A DNA stretch of 64,000 nt from Verrucomicrobiia bacterium. GTDB taxonomy: Bacteria > Verrucomicrobiota > Verrucomicrobiia > Limisphaerales > UBA1319. A program made the translations under genes and the position numbers. The notes below the pieces were generated by a model, which ran no database searches, was not told the DNA's origin, and was given only the letters and a program-made list of their open reading frames with translations. The DNA lies in NCBI GenBank assembly GCA_963664225.1, contig OY760937.1, positions 576,001-640,000 on the forward strand. Direction: 5' to 3'. Shown piece after piece: positions 21,503-31,772 of the stretch. The first letter of the stretch is position 1; each line of letters begins with the position of its first letter.

Positions 21503-21664
21503 TTGATTTTGGGGTTGCTGCGGACCGTCCGGAAGCTTTGCAGTGGCGCGTGCCGATACTGACAGTTCGGGTTGAAAACCAAAGACACCGCGCTCTTACA
21601 TGGGTTGTCCGCTGACTCATACATGGAATCTTAGTAAGGTATGGGGACCATGGATCGAAGCAAT

Positions 21665-21692
21665 AAAAAAAGGCCGGAAAATCCGGCCTTTT
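21665..21692. terminator. Rho-independent terminator (bidirectional form)
   Basis: aaaaaaa-ggccgga-aaa-tccggcc-tttt. Confidence 0.8.
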
Positions 21693-21721
21693 GCGTGACT
21701 TGAAAAAGGAATGAAAACGCT

Positions 21722-22645
21722 TTAGCTCAGCCGTTCGAAGCTTTTCTTGAGAATCTGCCAATCCTTGAGCCCTTTGTATTTCTCCTGCACAGTGGCATTG
21801 ATCTTCGCCTCAGAGGCGTTTTTTGTCGGGCGATTCACCTGGTAGAAAATTCCGAAATAACCCGGGAACGGCGCATCGGCCAGTTTGTATGCGGCCACTT
21901 CGTCGGTCACATCGTGATCGGCGGGAATGGTCTGGAACACACCGCCTTTGCGGGGGTTGGCGGAATCGAATGCGCCCGGGTAAAACTCCACGCACTCGCT
22001 CAGGCATTCAATAATGCTGAAACCGTCGTGCTGCATCGCGGCCTCCATGACCTGGAGCAAATGCGCCGGATTGGTGCTTGAGGTTCTGGCCACGAACGTG
22101 GCTCCGGCCGCAATAACCTGCTTGACCGGGTTGATCGGGCGATCCACCGAACCCCAGTTGTCGGTCTTGCTCTTGAAACCGAGCGGGGAGGTGGGGGAGG
22201 TTTGCTTCTTGGTCAAACCATAAACGTTATTGTCCATCACCACGAGTGTCATGCGGATGTTCTTCCGCGCGGCGTGCGTGATGTGGTTGCCGCCAATGGA
22301 GAAGATGTCGCCATCCCCGCCAAAGACGAACACATGCAGATCAGGACGGCTCAGGGAAATGCCCGTGGCCAGGGGCAGGGAACGGCCGTGAATGAAATGG
22401 ACTCCGTGCGCCTGCACGAAATAGGGGAAACGGCTTGAGCAGCCGATCCCGGAAACGGATACGAAATTCTCGTGCTCCAGCTTTTGCTTTTCGATCAGCT
22501 TGTAGTAAAGGGCGAGCACCGAGAAATCGCCGCAGCCAGGGCACCACGTGGGGTGGTCGCCGGCGAGCTCTTTCTTGGTCAGTGGTGCGCGCAAATCGGA
22601 ATCAGGCGCTGTTGCTTTGGGGGGATCAATAACCGGGGAACTCAT
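21722..22645 (-). CDS. korB: 2-oxoacid:ferredoxin oxidoreductase beta subunit
   Basis: TWCPGCGD; SGIGCSS; GGDGD TPP motif; NNVYGLT. Confidence 0.93.
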   Translation of the reverse strand: MSSPVIDPPKATAPDSDLRAPLTKKELAGDHPTWCPGCGDFSVLALYYKLIEKQKLEHENFVSVSGIGCSSRFPYFVQAHGVHFIHGRSLPLATGISLSRPDLHVFVFGGDGDIFSIGGNHITHAARKNIRMTLVVMDNNVYGLTKKQTSPTSPLGFKSKTDNWGSVDRPINPVKQVIAAGATFVARTSSTNPAHLLQVMEAAMQHDGFSIIECLSECVEFYPGAFDSANPRKGGVFQTIPADHDVTDEVAAYKLADAPFPGYFGIFYQVNRPTKNASEAKINATVQEKYKGLKDWQILKKSFERLS

Positions 22646-22674
22646 AAATCATCAGTCCTTTCAATGGGGTGAAA

Positions 22675-24492
22675 TTATTTGGCGGATAGTTCGGCCAATT
22701 TTGCGTGAACGCGGTTCAGGATTTCTTTGACCTTGAAGGTCAAACCTTCGGTTTTGTTGATGCCCACAATGCGCGAGTCGCAATAACGCGCGCGCAAAAT
22801 TCCGGCCAACTGACCGTATCCGTGCAGCCCTTCGTCGTTGAGTTCAACCACGAAGATGTGCTTAAAGCCCGCAAAAATCTCCTCGATGCCCTCCGGCTGC
22901 GGGAACAGGTAACGCATGTGCAGCGAGGAGATGGCTTCGCCAGTGGACCGGGCCAGATCCACAGCCTCCTGAATGGGACCCTGGGTGGAACCCCAGCCCA
23001 CGAGGAGAACGTTGCCCTCGGATGGCCCATGCACTTTCGGCTTGGGCAGCGTGCGGGCCAGAGCCTGTATTTTCTTCCGGCGCTTGGCCGACATGGCGGT
23101 GTGTTGTTTGGCCGAGGAGGAGGGATGGCCATATTCGTCGTGTTCCAACCCGCCCGCCACCGGATAACGGCCATCCAGGATGCGTGTGCCGGGAACGCAC
23201 CGCTTGGAAATACCGTCGGGCGCGCTCAAGTCGTAAGCCTTGTTGGTGGCCACAGGAGTCAAATCCGGGGAGATGTCCTTGCAGACCTTTTCAAAATCAG
23301 GCGCCGGGAAGGCCTCGATGCGAGTGCCGATGGCCTGGTCGGAGAGAACAAAAACGGGCACGTTGTATTTGCGGGCCAGATGCACCGCTTCGGCCGCAGT
23401 ATAAAAGGCGTCCTCGACGTTTGCCGGAGCCAGAACGATGCGCGGGGCGTCGCCATGGCTGCCGTAAACGGCAAGGTTCAAATCGGACTGTTCCACCTGG
23501 GTGGGCAAACCGGTTGAGGGGCCGCCCCGCTGAACGTTGATCACCACCAGCGGCACTTCAGCCATGACTCCCCAACCCAGCGCTTCCATTTTGAGCGAGA
23601 TGCCCGGACCGCTGGAGCCTGTCACGGCAACGCGTCCGGCGTAGCTTGCGCCTAAGGCCATGCAGATGGCCGAAATTTCATCTTCGCACTGGACGAACGT
23701 CCCGCCGTATTTGGGCAGTTCGTGCCGCAGTAATTCCATGACTTCAGACCATGGCGTGATCGGATAGGCCGCGCCGAAACGCACCCCTGCGGCCACCAGA
23801 CCATAGGCGATGGATTCGTTGCCGCTCATCACGACCTGGCCGCCGGTTTTTCGCTGACTTTCGAAAAACTCAAAGGTCTCAACCAGCTTTTCAATGGAAT
23901 AATTGTGCCCGGATCGGAATGCGGTAAGGGCGTTTTCCAGCACTGTTGGGTCCTTGCCTCCAAATCGCTGGCCGATCAAACCAGTCAATTTTTCCACGTT
24001 CAGGTCATACATTTTGGCGATGAGACCCAGGACGAAAATATTTTTGCCTTTTTCGCGTCCGGCGCCCCCAATGGCTTCGATTGTCAGCGAGGAGATGGGC
24101 ACGCTGACATGATGGTAATCCTTTTCAAGTTCCGGTTTGGGAGTGACATGGTCGGAATCGAAAAGAACTATCCCTCCCTTTTTCAGGGAATTCATGTGCT
24201 CGTCGTAGGAGTGCTGGTAAAAGGCCACCAGCAAGTCGGCTTCGTCACCCGCGCTTTCAACGGTGCCGGAACTCATGCGAACCTGGAAAATGGAGGGCCC
24301 TCCGGATATGGTCGAGGGGATGGTCATGAAGGTCATGACCTCTTGTTCACTGCGCCCGGCCAGTCGGGCCAGAAAACCGCCAATGGCTTGAATGCCATCT
24401 TGCGAATTCCCGGCAAGGCGAATAACGACCTCGGAGATCTTGGACGTTTGCCCGCCACCAGTGGGCGGTGTCATCGTTGTTGTTTCACTCAT
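22675..24492 (-). CDS. korA: 2-oxoacid:ferredoxin oxidoreductase alpha subunit
   Basis: AYPITP; QCEDEI; SSGPG; QRGGPSTGLPT; VGWGST. Confidence 0.93.
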   Translation of the reverse strand: MSETTTMTPPTGGGQTSKISEVVIRLAGNSQDGIQAIGGFLARLAGRSEQEVMTFMTIPSTISGGPSIFQVRMSSGTVESAGDEADLLVAFYQHSYDEHMNSLKKGGIVLFDSDHVTPKPELEKDYHHVSVPISSLTIEAIGGAGREKGKNIFVLGLIAKMYDLNVEKLTGLIGQRFGGKDPTVLENALTAFRSGHNYSIEKLVETFEFFESQRKTGGQVVMSGNESIAYGLVAAGVRFGAAYPITPWSEVMELLRHELPKYGGTFVQCEDEISAICMALGASYAGRVAVTGSSGPGISLKMEALGWGVMAEVPLVVINVQRGGPSTGLPTQVEQSDLNLAVYGSHGDAPRIVLAPANVEDAFYTAAEAVHLARKYNVPVFVLSDQAIGTRIEAFPAPDFEKVCKDISPDLTPVATNKAYDLSAPDGISKRCVPGTRILDGRYPVAGGLEHDEYGHPSSSAKQHTAMSAKRRKKIQALARTLPKPKVHGPSEGNVLLVGWGSTQGPIQEAVDLARSTGEAISSLHMRYLFPQPEGIEEIFAGFKHIFVVELNDEGLHGYGQLAGILRARYCDSRIVGINKTEGLTFKVKEILNRVHAKLAELSAK

Positions 24493-24712
24493 GTTATTAA
24501 GGGAATAAGGGCGTCTGCGCGACAGCGCTCAACTAGTTCTAATTATTGCTGTAATCAAATCTCATGCAAGCAAAGATTATTGCATACTACCATTGCCCCA
24601 TGGGCTGTCAAACGGGAATCGGACCATTTATCTTTCTGAACAGGTCCACATCCTGTTGCAAGTTAATCATTTGGGCCTTTTGAATCGCGATTGTAAATGC
24701 AGCGGCGGAGGC

Positions 24713-25798
24713 TCACTTCCAATAGAAGAAGAGCGTTTGGACATCTTTCGGGCTGTTGCGCCGGATCATGGCCACATAGGTCTTTTGGTAATTGCCGATG
24801 CGCGCCGTGACTTGCACTTCGTAAGTGGCGCTCATGACGGTGAAGTAGCGGCCGATTTGTTGGACGAGACCGCGATCCATCCCGGGTACGTTGATCAACT
24901 CACCCACATTTCGGAAAGGCGTATCGTCTTCGTTGCCTTCAACGCCATCGGGGCCAGCGCGCGTTTGCACGATGGCTTGGGCCGTATTCGAATCAATCGA
25001 AGGAATGAGTTGGAGCACTGCGGCAGAGGCGGTATTGATGTTGATCAGGCGGCCCGAAACGGGCGTGAATAAATCCTTGAGACCGACCTGGTAGTCGAGT
25101 GTTTCATCGCTGTGGAGGCGTTTGGATTGGACCCTGGAGGGAGGAGCGATGCTGGCCGTGGTGGCGTAATTCGTTCCCGCCGGACCCCAATACATTTCCG
25201 GTGTGATGTCTTTGATGAGCATGAGCTCGGTGAGATCGTCGATCGGGCCGTTTTTCGCGTAATAAGGAGTGGGCAAACCGAGGTAATAAGTGCTTTCCGC
25301 GCCGCTGACGCGTTTGGCGTCGTCCACATCCAGCCAATCGAGAATGGAGTCGATGATCGCGGGGGATTCGGCCGCATCCACCCCAATAAGGGTCATGGCT
25401 TGGCGCAGAATGACCTGATCGGCCACGTTAATATTAAAGAAACGTTCCTGATCGATGATTTTAACGGAAAAGGTTCCCGAACCCAATGGGACATTCTCCA
25501 ATTCGATATCTCCAAGAACTTCATTGGTGACTCCGATCCCCCCCGCCCATTTTTGGTTGAGGGAGTCATAGCGTTCATTGGGAACGCTCAATTGTTGGGC
25601 GACAACGTAGGAGGCCAATTCGACTCCCGAGCGGCCCAGCCACTCCAATTCATCTTCTGAATTGTGGTTTCTGGCCAGGCGCATTTCGACTTTCATCGAA
25701 TAGGCGAAGCCTCCGGCCAGGATGCCAAGGACAAACACCGCCACCATAACCATGAGGAGGGCGATGCCGCGGCAATCAGATTGCAATCGAATCTTCAT
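24713..25798 (-). CDS. gspK: Type II secretion pseudopilin GspK
   Basis: RGIALLMVM prepilin start; ILDWLD; KNGPIDDLTEL; ININTAS. Confidence 0.88.
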   Translation of the reverse strand: MKIRLQSDCRGIALLMVMVAVFVLGILAGGFAYSMKVEMRLARNHNSEDELEWLGRSGVELASYVVAQQLSVPNERYDSLNQKWAGGIGVTNEVLGDIELENVPLGSGTFSVKIIDQERFFNINVADQVILRQAMTLIGVDAAESPAIIDSILDWLDVDDAKRVSGAESTYYLGLPTPYYAKNGPIDDLTELMLIKDITPEMYWGPAGTNYATTASIAPPSRVQSKRLHSDETLDYQVGLKDLFTPVSGRLININTASAAVLQLIPSIDSNTAQAIVQTRAGPDGVEGNEDDTPFRNVGELINVPGMDRGLVQQIGRYFTVMSATYEVQVTARIGNYQKTYVAMIRRNSPKDVQTLFFYWK

Positions 25799-26622
25799 GG
25801 AATCCTCACCGGGCTCGAATTCGGTCCACCAACGCCTCTGTTAATATTGCCGGGACCACCCGGTCCGATATTGCCGGGACCACCACCCGGCCCGAACCGG
25901 TTTCTATTGGTGGCTCCCGCCCCCGCGCCTGCCGGCATCTGGTATTCCTTGGGAACAACAATGGCGGGCAGGGCGATGACCCGGGTTACAATGTCATCGG
26001 GACTTGAGCGGTTGTTATCAGTGTGCCCGGTGCCCAGGGATATCCGAACCAGTTTGGGTAATTGATTGGTGCTCAGCCACTCGGAATCCCAATCGTTCTT
26101 ATTGGTACTCCAGTATTCCACGGCGAACGTGGTTACATCGCGGGCCAGGACCACCGCGAAAGGCTTTTGATTATCGTTAACTTCGGCCAACAACGGAGTC
26201 TGATACATGACCAATTGGTTCTGGCGATCCTGGCTGCCTTCGACCGTAAAGGTGACGCGCCGGACGACTTGGTCGCCAAAGAGGCCGGCATCCGGGAAGG
26301 AAGCGGGCAGGCGGGCAACAAAGCTCAGGTACGAAAACTCATTCTGACTCTCGGCATTGAAGGAGTAGTAATATTGGTTGGCGCCGTAGTCCTGAATGCA
26401 CAACAGCGAATCGATCAACGCACGCATGGTGATGCGCGAGCGCTGCACCCGGACGGCGGCCTCCATGCCAACTTTGCTGCTGCGTATGATGGTGGACCAG
26501 CTCGAGTAGATGGCGGTCAGAACCGCCATGAATATGCTCAAGGCGATCATGATTTCCAGAATCGTGAAGGCGAGTCTTCCCTGACGAATTTGGGTTGACC
26601 GATGGACGCTTTGGCTCTTCAT
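25795..26622 (-). CDS. gspJ: Type II secretion minor pseudopilin GspJ-like
   Basis: AFTILEIMIAL; C-terminal LPKLVRISL; operon position. Confidence 0.75.
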   Translation of the reverse strand: MKSQSVHRSTQIRQGRLAFTILEIMIALSIFMAVLTAIYSSWSTIIRSSKVGMEAAVRVQRSRITMRALIDSLLCIQDYGANQYYYSFNAESQNEFSYLSFVARLPASFPDAGLFGDQVVRRVTFTVEGSQDRQNQLVMYQTPLLAEVNDNQKPFAVVLARDVTTFAVEYWSTNKNDWDSEWLSTNQLPKLVRISLGTGHTDNNRSSPDDIVTRVIALPAIVVPKEYQMPAGAGAGATNRNRFGPGGGPGNIGPGGPGNINRGVGGPNSSPVRIP

Positions 26623-27068
26623 TCCTGGCCTCCACCCATCCTTTGAAGTCCGCGTCCTCCTCCGGATCCAGCTTTCATGATCGAGCCGGGTCGGAACATC
26701 AGCAGGCTCATTTTGGTCACCCCGTTTTCACCGCCGCCATCACGAAAAACAGCGACGTCCACTTCGAACAGCCCGTTGGTGGAGACCAGATAAATGTCCC
26801 GCGTCCAGGAATATCCAGGATATGATTTTCCGAAATTCCCCGATGACGAGTATTCCTCGAGGCGATTGGTGAGCATTAAATCCTGAATCACCAGGGTGGG
26901 GTCCACGCCATGCGGCTGCAGCAACCGGGCGGCGCGCAGGTTCTGGTTGACCAGATCCAGGATGGCGAAAATGGCCAGGGCGAAAATGCCCATGGCGATC
27001 AGCACTTCCAACAGGGTGAAGGCGGCGGCACGAGCGGTCTTTCTGGGGTGTGCTTGGGTGGGGTTCAT
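26619..27068 (-). CDS. gspI: Type II secretion minor pseudopilin GspI-like
   Basis: AFTLLEVLIAM; size; operon position. Confidence 0.72.
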   Translation of the reverse strand: MNPTQAHPRKTARAAAFTLLEVLIAMGIFALAIFAILDLVNQNLRAARLLQPHGVDPTLVIQDLMLTNRLEEYSSSGNFGKSYPGYSWTRDIYLVSTNGLFEVDVAVFRDGGGENGVTKMSLLMFRPGSIMKAGSGGGRGLQRMGGGQE

Positions 27069-27664
27069 TTGATGACTTCCACGTCAGGCAATGAGGTGAT
27101 GATGTCCAGGGTGATCTTCCGGTATAACTGCTTTTCAGGCCACTGCAGAACAATGGTAAATTCGTCGCAGGTCCCGTTGGGGTAGAATCGAACCCGCGCT
27201 TCGTCCTCGTCCTTTTTTTCCAGAAAATTGACCGAAAGCATCTCGATGTTCAGCTCTTCAGGTATGCGTTTTGTAAGTGGGGATTTTGCGGATGCGGCGG
27301 GAGCCATGTCGGGTGGTGTGGTGGCAAATTCGGTGGCTGGATTCAATATTTGCGTCGGGACGGCGAGGCTGGAGATGCTGAAAGTCCGATCCTGAACATT
27401 AAAGCGCAATTCCGATGGAACCCCCTTGATGATCGCCTGTGCACGGGCTTCGCTGCAGACTTCCATCACGTCTGAGACGGCCTGGCGCATGGTGTCCTTG
27501 CTGAGCATGTTCAGGAAGGAGGGCAGACCGATGGTCATGATCATACCCATGATTCCAATGACAATCATGAGTTCAAGCAAGGTGAATGCGGATACCCCTT
27601 CGGCACGCAACCTGTCGGCGGCTGGAAGCCGTAACCGGGCTAAAACTTGGGGTGTGGTGCGCAT
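27065..27664 (-). CDS. gspH: Type II secretion minor pseudopilin GspH-like
   Basis: AFTLLELMIVI; ARAQAI; RFYPNG. Confidence 0.75.
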   Translation of the reverse strand: MRTTPQVLARLRLPAADRLRAEGVSAFTLLELMIVIGIMGMIMTIGLPSFLNMLSKDTMRQAVSDVMEVCSEARAQAIIKGVPSELRFNVQDRTFSISSLAVPTQILNPATEFATTPPDMAPAASAKSPLTKRIPEELNIEMLSVNFLEKKDEDEARVRFYPNGTCDEFTIVLQWPEKQLYRKITLDIITSLPDVEVIK

Positions 27665-27680
27665 GGGCGGAGGCTATGGA

Positions 27681-28961
27681 TCACCGCACAATATTGGAGG
27701 TAATCGCAAACATGGCGGACAGCACGCTAAAGAGCAGGAAACCGACGCCAACGGCCATGACAATGATCAGGGCGGGTTCGATGAGGTTGGTCATCAGGCG
27801 CAAGGCGGTGGTCAGTTCGTTCTCATAGGTCTCGGCCACGCTTTTCAGGGCGCCGGGAACATCGCCGGTGTCTTCGCCGATTTTCACCAGGTCGATCATG
27901 AGCTGCGGGAAGATTTTGCTGCGGGCCAGGGGTTGCGCAATGGTCTTGCCGTCGGTGACATCCTCGCGGGTCTTTGCGATGGCATCACGAATGATGCGAT
28001 TGCTCATGATTTGCTCGGTGATCTTCAGGGCGTTAAGGACGGGCACGCCATTGGACAAAAGGGTGGAAAGAGTCCGGGCAAACGTGGCGTAGAGGTAGAG
28101 TCGGATGACTTTCCCGAACACCGGCGCGTTCATCTTGAAACGGTCAATGGCGTATTGGCCTTCAGTGGTGGATTGATAGCGCTTGAATAGGATCGTACCG
28201 GCCATCAGGAGCAGGATCATCAGCCACCAATAGTTGCTGAACAAATGGCTGATGCTGATGAGCAATTGCGTGGCCGGGGGCAGGGGAACCTTGAATCCCT
28301 CAAAAATCGAGAGGAATTTTGGCAGCATAAACGACATGAAAAAGATCATGATCACCACACCAACGCATGCGACAATGGCGGGATAAATCAGTGACGAGCT
28401 GAATTTGCTCTGCACTTCAGCGAATCGTTCGTAATGGGAGGCCAGGCGGCGCAATACGTCCTCGAGGGCGCCGCTTTGCTCGCCCGCGCGCACCATGTTG
28501 ATGTACATCTCCGAAAAAATATGCGGCTGCTTGGCCATCGCATCGGACAGCCCGCGGCCTTCCGTGACATCCTGTTTCAACTGGCGACTTACCGAGGGCG
28601 GCACCCCTTTGGATTCCAGATGGGTCATGCTGGTCAACGCGACCGCCAGAGGCATGCCGGAATGGAGCAGATTGGCCAATTGGAGGGTGAACGTGGCCAA
28701 CTCCTGAAGCTTGGGTTTGCGTTTGCGCTGAAGGATATCCCGAATGGCGGGCGGCAGGACAGCCATAAACCGCCCGGCTTCGCCCGGTTTGGCAGCCCTC
28801 TTTAACGCACTCACAGCGCTGCCCTTTGCGGCATCCACAGCGATCGGGAATAGTCCCAACCGCTCGATTTGATTAAGCGCCGCCCCCCGGTCGGCAACGT
28901 CCAGCGTTCCGTTGACCATTTCCCCGTTGCGCCGACGCGCTTTGTAAGCAAATTGTGGCAT
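27681..28961 (-). CDS. gspF: Type II secretion / type IV pilus inner membrane platform protein
   Basis: MPQFAYKA; MVRAGEQSGAL; IYPAIV; GEDTG; LIEPALI. Confidence 0.9.
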   Translation of the reverse strand: MPQFAYKARRRNGEMVNGTLDVADRGAALNQIERLGLFPIAVDAAKGSAVSALKRAAKPGEAGRFMAVLPPAIRDILQRKRKPKLQELATFTLQLANLLHSGMPLAVALTSMTHLESKGVPPSVSRQLKQDVTEGRGLSDAMAKQPHIFSEMYINMVRAGEQSGALEDVLRRLASHYERFAEVQSKFSSSLIYPAIVACVGVVIMIFFMSFMLPKFLSIFEGFKVPLPPATQLLISISHLFSNYWWLMILLLMAGTILFKRYQSTTEGQYAIDRFKMNAPVFGKVIRLYLYATFARTLSTLLSNGVPVLNALKITEQIMSNRIIRDAIAKTREDVTDGKTIAQPLARSKIFPQLMIDLVKIGEDTGDVPGALKSVAETYENELTTALRLMTNLIEPALIIVMAVGVGFLLFSVLSAMFAITSNIVR

Positions 28962-29057
28962 ACCGCTATTTGTATTCAAAACCCGCTGACATGGAAAGTT
29001 GCTAAACGGCCTGCTGCAAATTTATCATTGAGCTCGCAGACGATGCTTTAAGGCACC

Positions 29058-29909
29058 TCACAGGGGGCGGATGGCTTCCATGGAGGGTTTGGGAATTTGC
29101 AGGCCTTCATTAACGCTGCCCCGGCGGTAACCCAGAAGATCGAGGGTAACGTGTTGATAGCCGATTTTCTTCAGGGACGCCGCAATTTTTTGGGCGAGAC
29201 CATCCGCCAGTAGTCGGCTCAATTCCGATGGGCCGATCTCAATGCGGGCCAATTGTCCCAGTTTGAGTTCGTGATGGCGGACGCGCACTTCATGAAAGCC
29301 GAGGTCGCGCAGCGTGTCTTCGGCCTGTTCGATCATGCTTAGTTTGGCGGGTGTGACCTCTTCTCCGTAAGGAATGCGGGAGCTTAGGCAGGCCATCTGG
29401 GGCTTGTCCGATGTTGGCAGGCCTAATTGCGCAGAGTAGGCGCGGATTTCGTCCTTGGTGATGCCGACCTCTTTCATGGGAGCGCGGACTTGAAATTCAG
29501 CGGCGGCCTGGGCGCCGGGACGGATGTCCCCAATGTCGCTGGCATTTTCTCCATAGAAAAGAACCGCCAGTTTTTTCTCTCGCGCGATCGGGGCCAGTTC
29601 CGCGAACAAATCATGTTTGCAAAAGTAACAACGATTCTGGGGATTGGCCAGATACTCGGGGTTCGTGAATTCCTTGGAATGAACGACTTGCACTTCAAAC
29701 TGAAATTTGGCGGCCAATTCCAGCGCCTCGGCGAGTTCACGACGGGGCAGACTGGGGCTGTCCGAAATCACAGCCAGGGACTTGTCGCCCAGTGTCTGAT
29801 GGGCGACATAAGCAAGGAACACGGAATCGACACCGCCGGAGTACGCCACCAGACACGAACCGTGCGAACGGATCAATTGGCGCAACTTTTCCAGTTTATT
29901 CTCTGACAT
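29058..29909 (-). CDS. larE: ATP-dependent sacrificial sulfur transferase LarE
   Basis: AYSGGVDS PP-loop; RCYFCK; ACLSSRIPYG; GYRRGS. Confidence 0.9.
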   Translation of the reverse strand: MSENKLEKLRQLIRSHGSCLVAYSGGVDSVFLAYVAHQTLGDKSLAVISDSPSLPRRELAEALELAAKFQFEVQVVHSKEFTNPEYLANPQNRCYFCKHDLFAELAPIAREKKLAVLFYGENASDIGDIRPGAQAAAEFQVRAPMKEVGITKDEIRAYSAQLGLPTSDKPQMACLSSRIPYGEEVTPAKLSMIEQAEDTLRDLGFHEVRVRHHELKLGQLARIEIGPSELSRLLADGLAQKIAASLKKIGYQHVTLDLLGYRRGSVNEGLQIPKPSMEAIRPL

Positions 29910-29969
29910 GCAGGCAATGTGCCATCGGCGCGACTGGATGTCGAGATGGAGCAACTTAAGAAATGGGCC

Positions 29970-30503
29970 TCAGGGAGCGGATTGCTCCGCTTTGCGGGCC
30001 AGTAACCACAAAATATCGCTTAAACGATTCAAGTAGATGAGGATATCCCGGTTTTCAAGCTGGCCAGCCTCCGCCAGAACGCAAACAGCACGTTCCGCCC
30101 TGCGGCACACCGTTCGTGCCAAATCCAGGGTGGCGGCCGCGATGTTGGCGCCAGGACGCACCCAGCCTTGGAAGGTTCCGGCTTCCTTCTCAAGATCATG
30201 CACACAACGGTCGAGTTTTTCAATCTGTCCGCCGCCGATCCGTCCGAATCCTCCATGAATGTACGCGGCCAGGTCGGTTTCCAGCGTGGCCAACTCCCCC
30301 ATCAGCGGGACAAGGTCTTTCTGGATCGACTCAATGACACCCTTCAAACCATCCCCGGTGCAAGACGCCCTCGCCAGGCCCAACACGCTGTTCAATTCAT
30401 CCACCACCCCGCATGCTTCGACGCGTGGGTGGCATTTCGAGACGCGGCGGTTGAACATGAGACTGGTCATTCCCGCGTCACCTGTTTTGGTGGCTATGCT
30501 CAT
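29970..30503 (-). CDS. Cob(I)alamin adenosyltransferase, PduO type
   Basis: TKTGDAG; GVVDELNS; RTVCRRAER; YLNRLSD. Confidence 0.92.
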   Translation of the reverse strand: MSIATKTGDAGMTSLMFNRRVSKCHPRVEACGVVDELNSVLGLARASCTGDGLKGVIESIQKDLVPLMGELATLETDLAAYIHGGFGRIGGGQIEKLDRCVHDLEKEAGTFQGWVRPGANIAAATLDLARTVCRRAERAVCVLAEAGQLENRDILIYLNRLSDILWLLARKAEQSAP

Positions 30504-30583
30504 CGGGGCAAGGGTGGATGGAGACGTTGACTCGGGCAAGGCCATTTGTTAAGGTTCGAATCGCTTTTTACGATACTCTTTTT

Positions 30584-30838
30584 ATGAATGCCAAGTTGAT
30601 TCTCAAAACGGTCTTTTTAATAGTGATTTTGTTGCTGTTGGTGTTGATGGGCATGAGCAATCGCACCAGCGTTTCGTTTGCGCTGCCTCCGATTCTCACC
30701 AAAGCCATCAGCCAGCCGGCTGCCATCATGTACTTTGCGTTTTTTGCGGTGGGCGTTCTCACGGGAACGATATTAACCGCTGGAATGGGTAAAGGCGGCG
30801 GCGGCAGCCGCAGCCAGTCCTCAAAGGGTGATCGCTAG
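30584..30838 (+). CDS. Small two-TM membrane protein, LapA-like
   Basis: Two hydrophobic segments flanking N-x-x-x-V-x-F pattern. Confidence 0.6.
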   Translation: MNAKLILKTVFLIVILLLLVLMGMSNRTSVSFALPPILTKAISQPAAIMYFAFFAVGVLTGTILTAGMGKGGGGSRSQSSKGDR

Positions 30839-30875
30839 ACGTCGTTCGGGGAGCATTAAAGGCAGCCACAGGCTC

Positions 30876-31718
30876 TCAGGTTTTTTTAGGGGAGGACAGG
30901 AAGACCGATTGAAGGTCGATCTTCCATGCCGGTTCGATTTCCGTGCCCAGAAACTTCGGCGCCAGGGCATTGAACCGATCCGTCTCGTCGGTTACAAAAG
31001 GCTGAATGCGTCCAGCCCGCTGCCGGTTCTGGCTTAACAAACCAAGGGATTCCAGCCGCGCCTCGAGGGATCGGGCGCAACTTTGCGCTGAATCCACCAG
31101 AGCGACATCCGGTCCCACAATTTCCCGCAGCGCGCGTTTTAGCAGGGGATAGTGCGTGCAGCCCAGCACCAGCGTATCGATGTGTTTTCGCAGCAATGGG
31201 GCCAGATATTCCTTGAGCACCGAATGGGTGACCGGATGCCGGACCCAGCCTTCTTCGACCAGCGGCACCAGCAGGGGACAGGCGCGCGCGAAGACCTGGG
31301 CCTCGCTGTTGCGAAAGAGAATGGCCCGTTCGTAGGCCTGGCTGCGGATCGTGGCTGCGGTGCCGATGATTCCGATGCGACCCGTGCGGGACTTTTCCAC
31401 AGCGGTTTCCACGCCCGGTTGGATCACCCCCAGAATTGGCATGTCAAAGCTATGTTCCAACGAAGGCAGGGCCCAGGCGGACACAGTGTTGCAAGCCACG
31501 ACAACGGCTTTGACCTGTTGCTGCTCCAGAAACTGGGTGATTTCAGTGGCAAATCGAACCACCGTAGTGGGCGATTTCGTCCCGTAAGGCACGCGGGCGG
31601 TGTCACCCAGATAAATCAATTCTTCGTGCGGCAGCAACCGGTGTATCTGTCGTACCACGGTCAAACCGCCAACGCCTGAGTCAAAAATACCGATGGGTAA
31701 TTCAGCTTTGGAATTCAT
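30876..31718 (-). CDS. murI: Glutamate racemase
   Basis: FDSGVGGL; VACNT; LGCTHYP. Confidence 0.97.
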   Translation of the reverse strand: MNSKAELPIGIFDSGVGGLTVVRQIHRLLPHEELIYLGDTARVPYGTKSPTTVVRFATEITQFLEQQQVKAVVVACNTVSAWALPSLEHSFDMPILGVIQPGVETAVEKSRTGRIGIIGTAATIRSQAYERAILFRNSEAQVFARACPLLVPLVEEGWVRHPVTHSVLKEYLAPLLRKHIDTLVLGCTHYPLLKRALREIVGPDVALVDSAQSCARSLEARLESLGLLSQNRQRAGRIQPFVTDETDRFNALAPKFLGTEIEPAWKIDLQSVFLSSPKKT

Positions 31719-31772
31719 CTCTTAAAACCATTCATATCCCCGGCAGCCTGCAATGGGAATCAACGATCGCGC

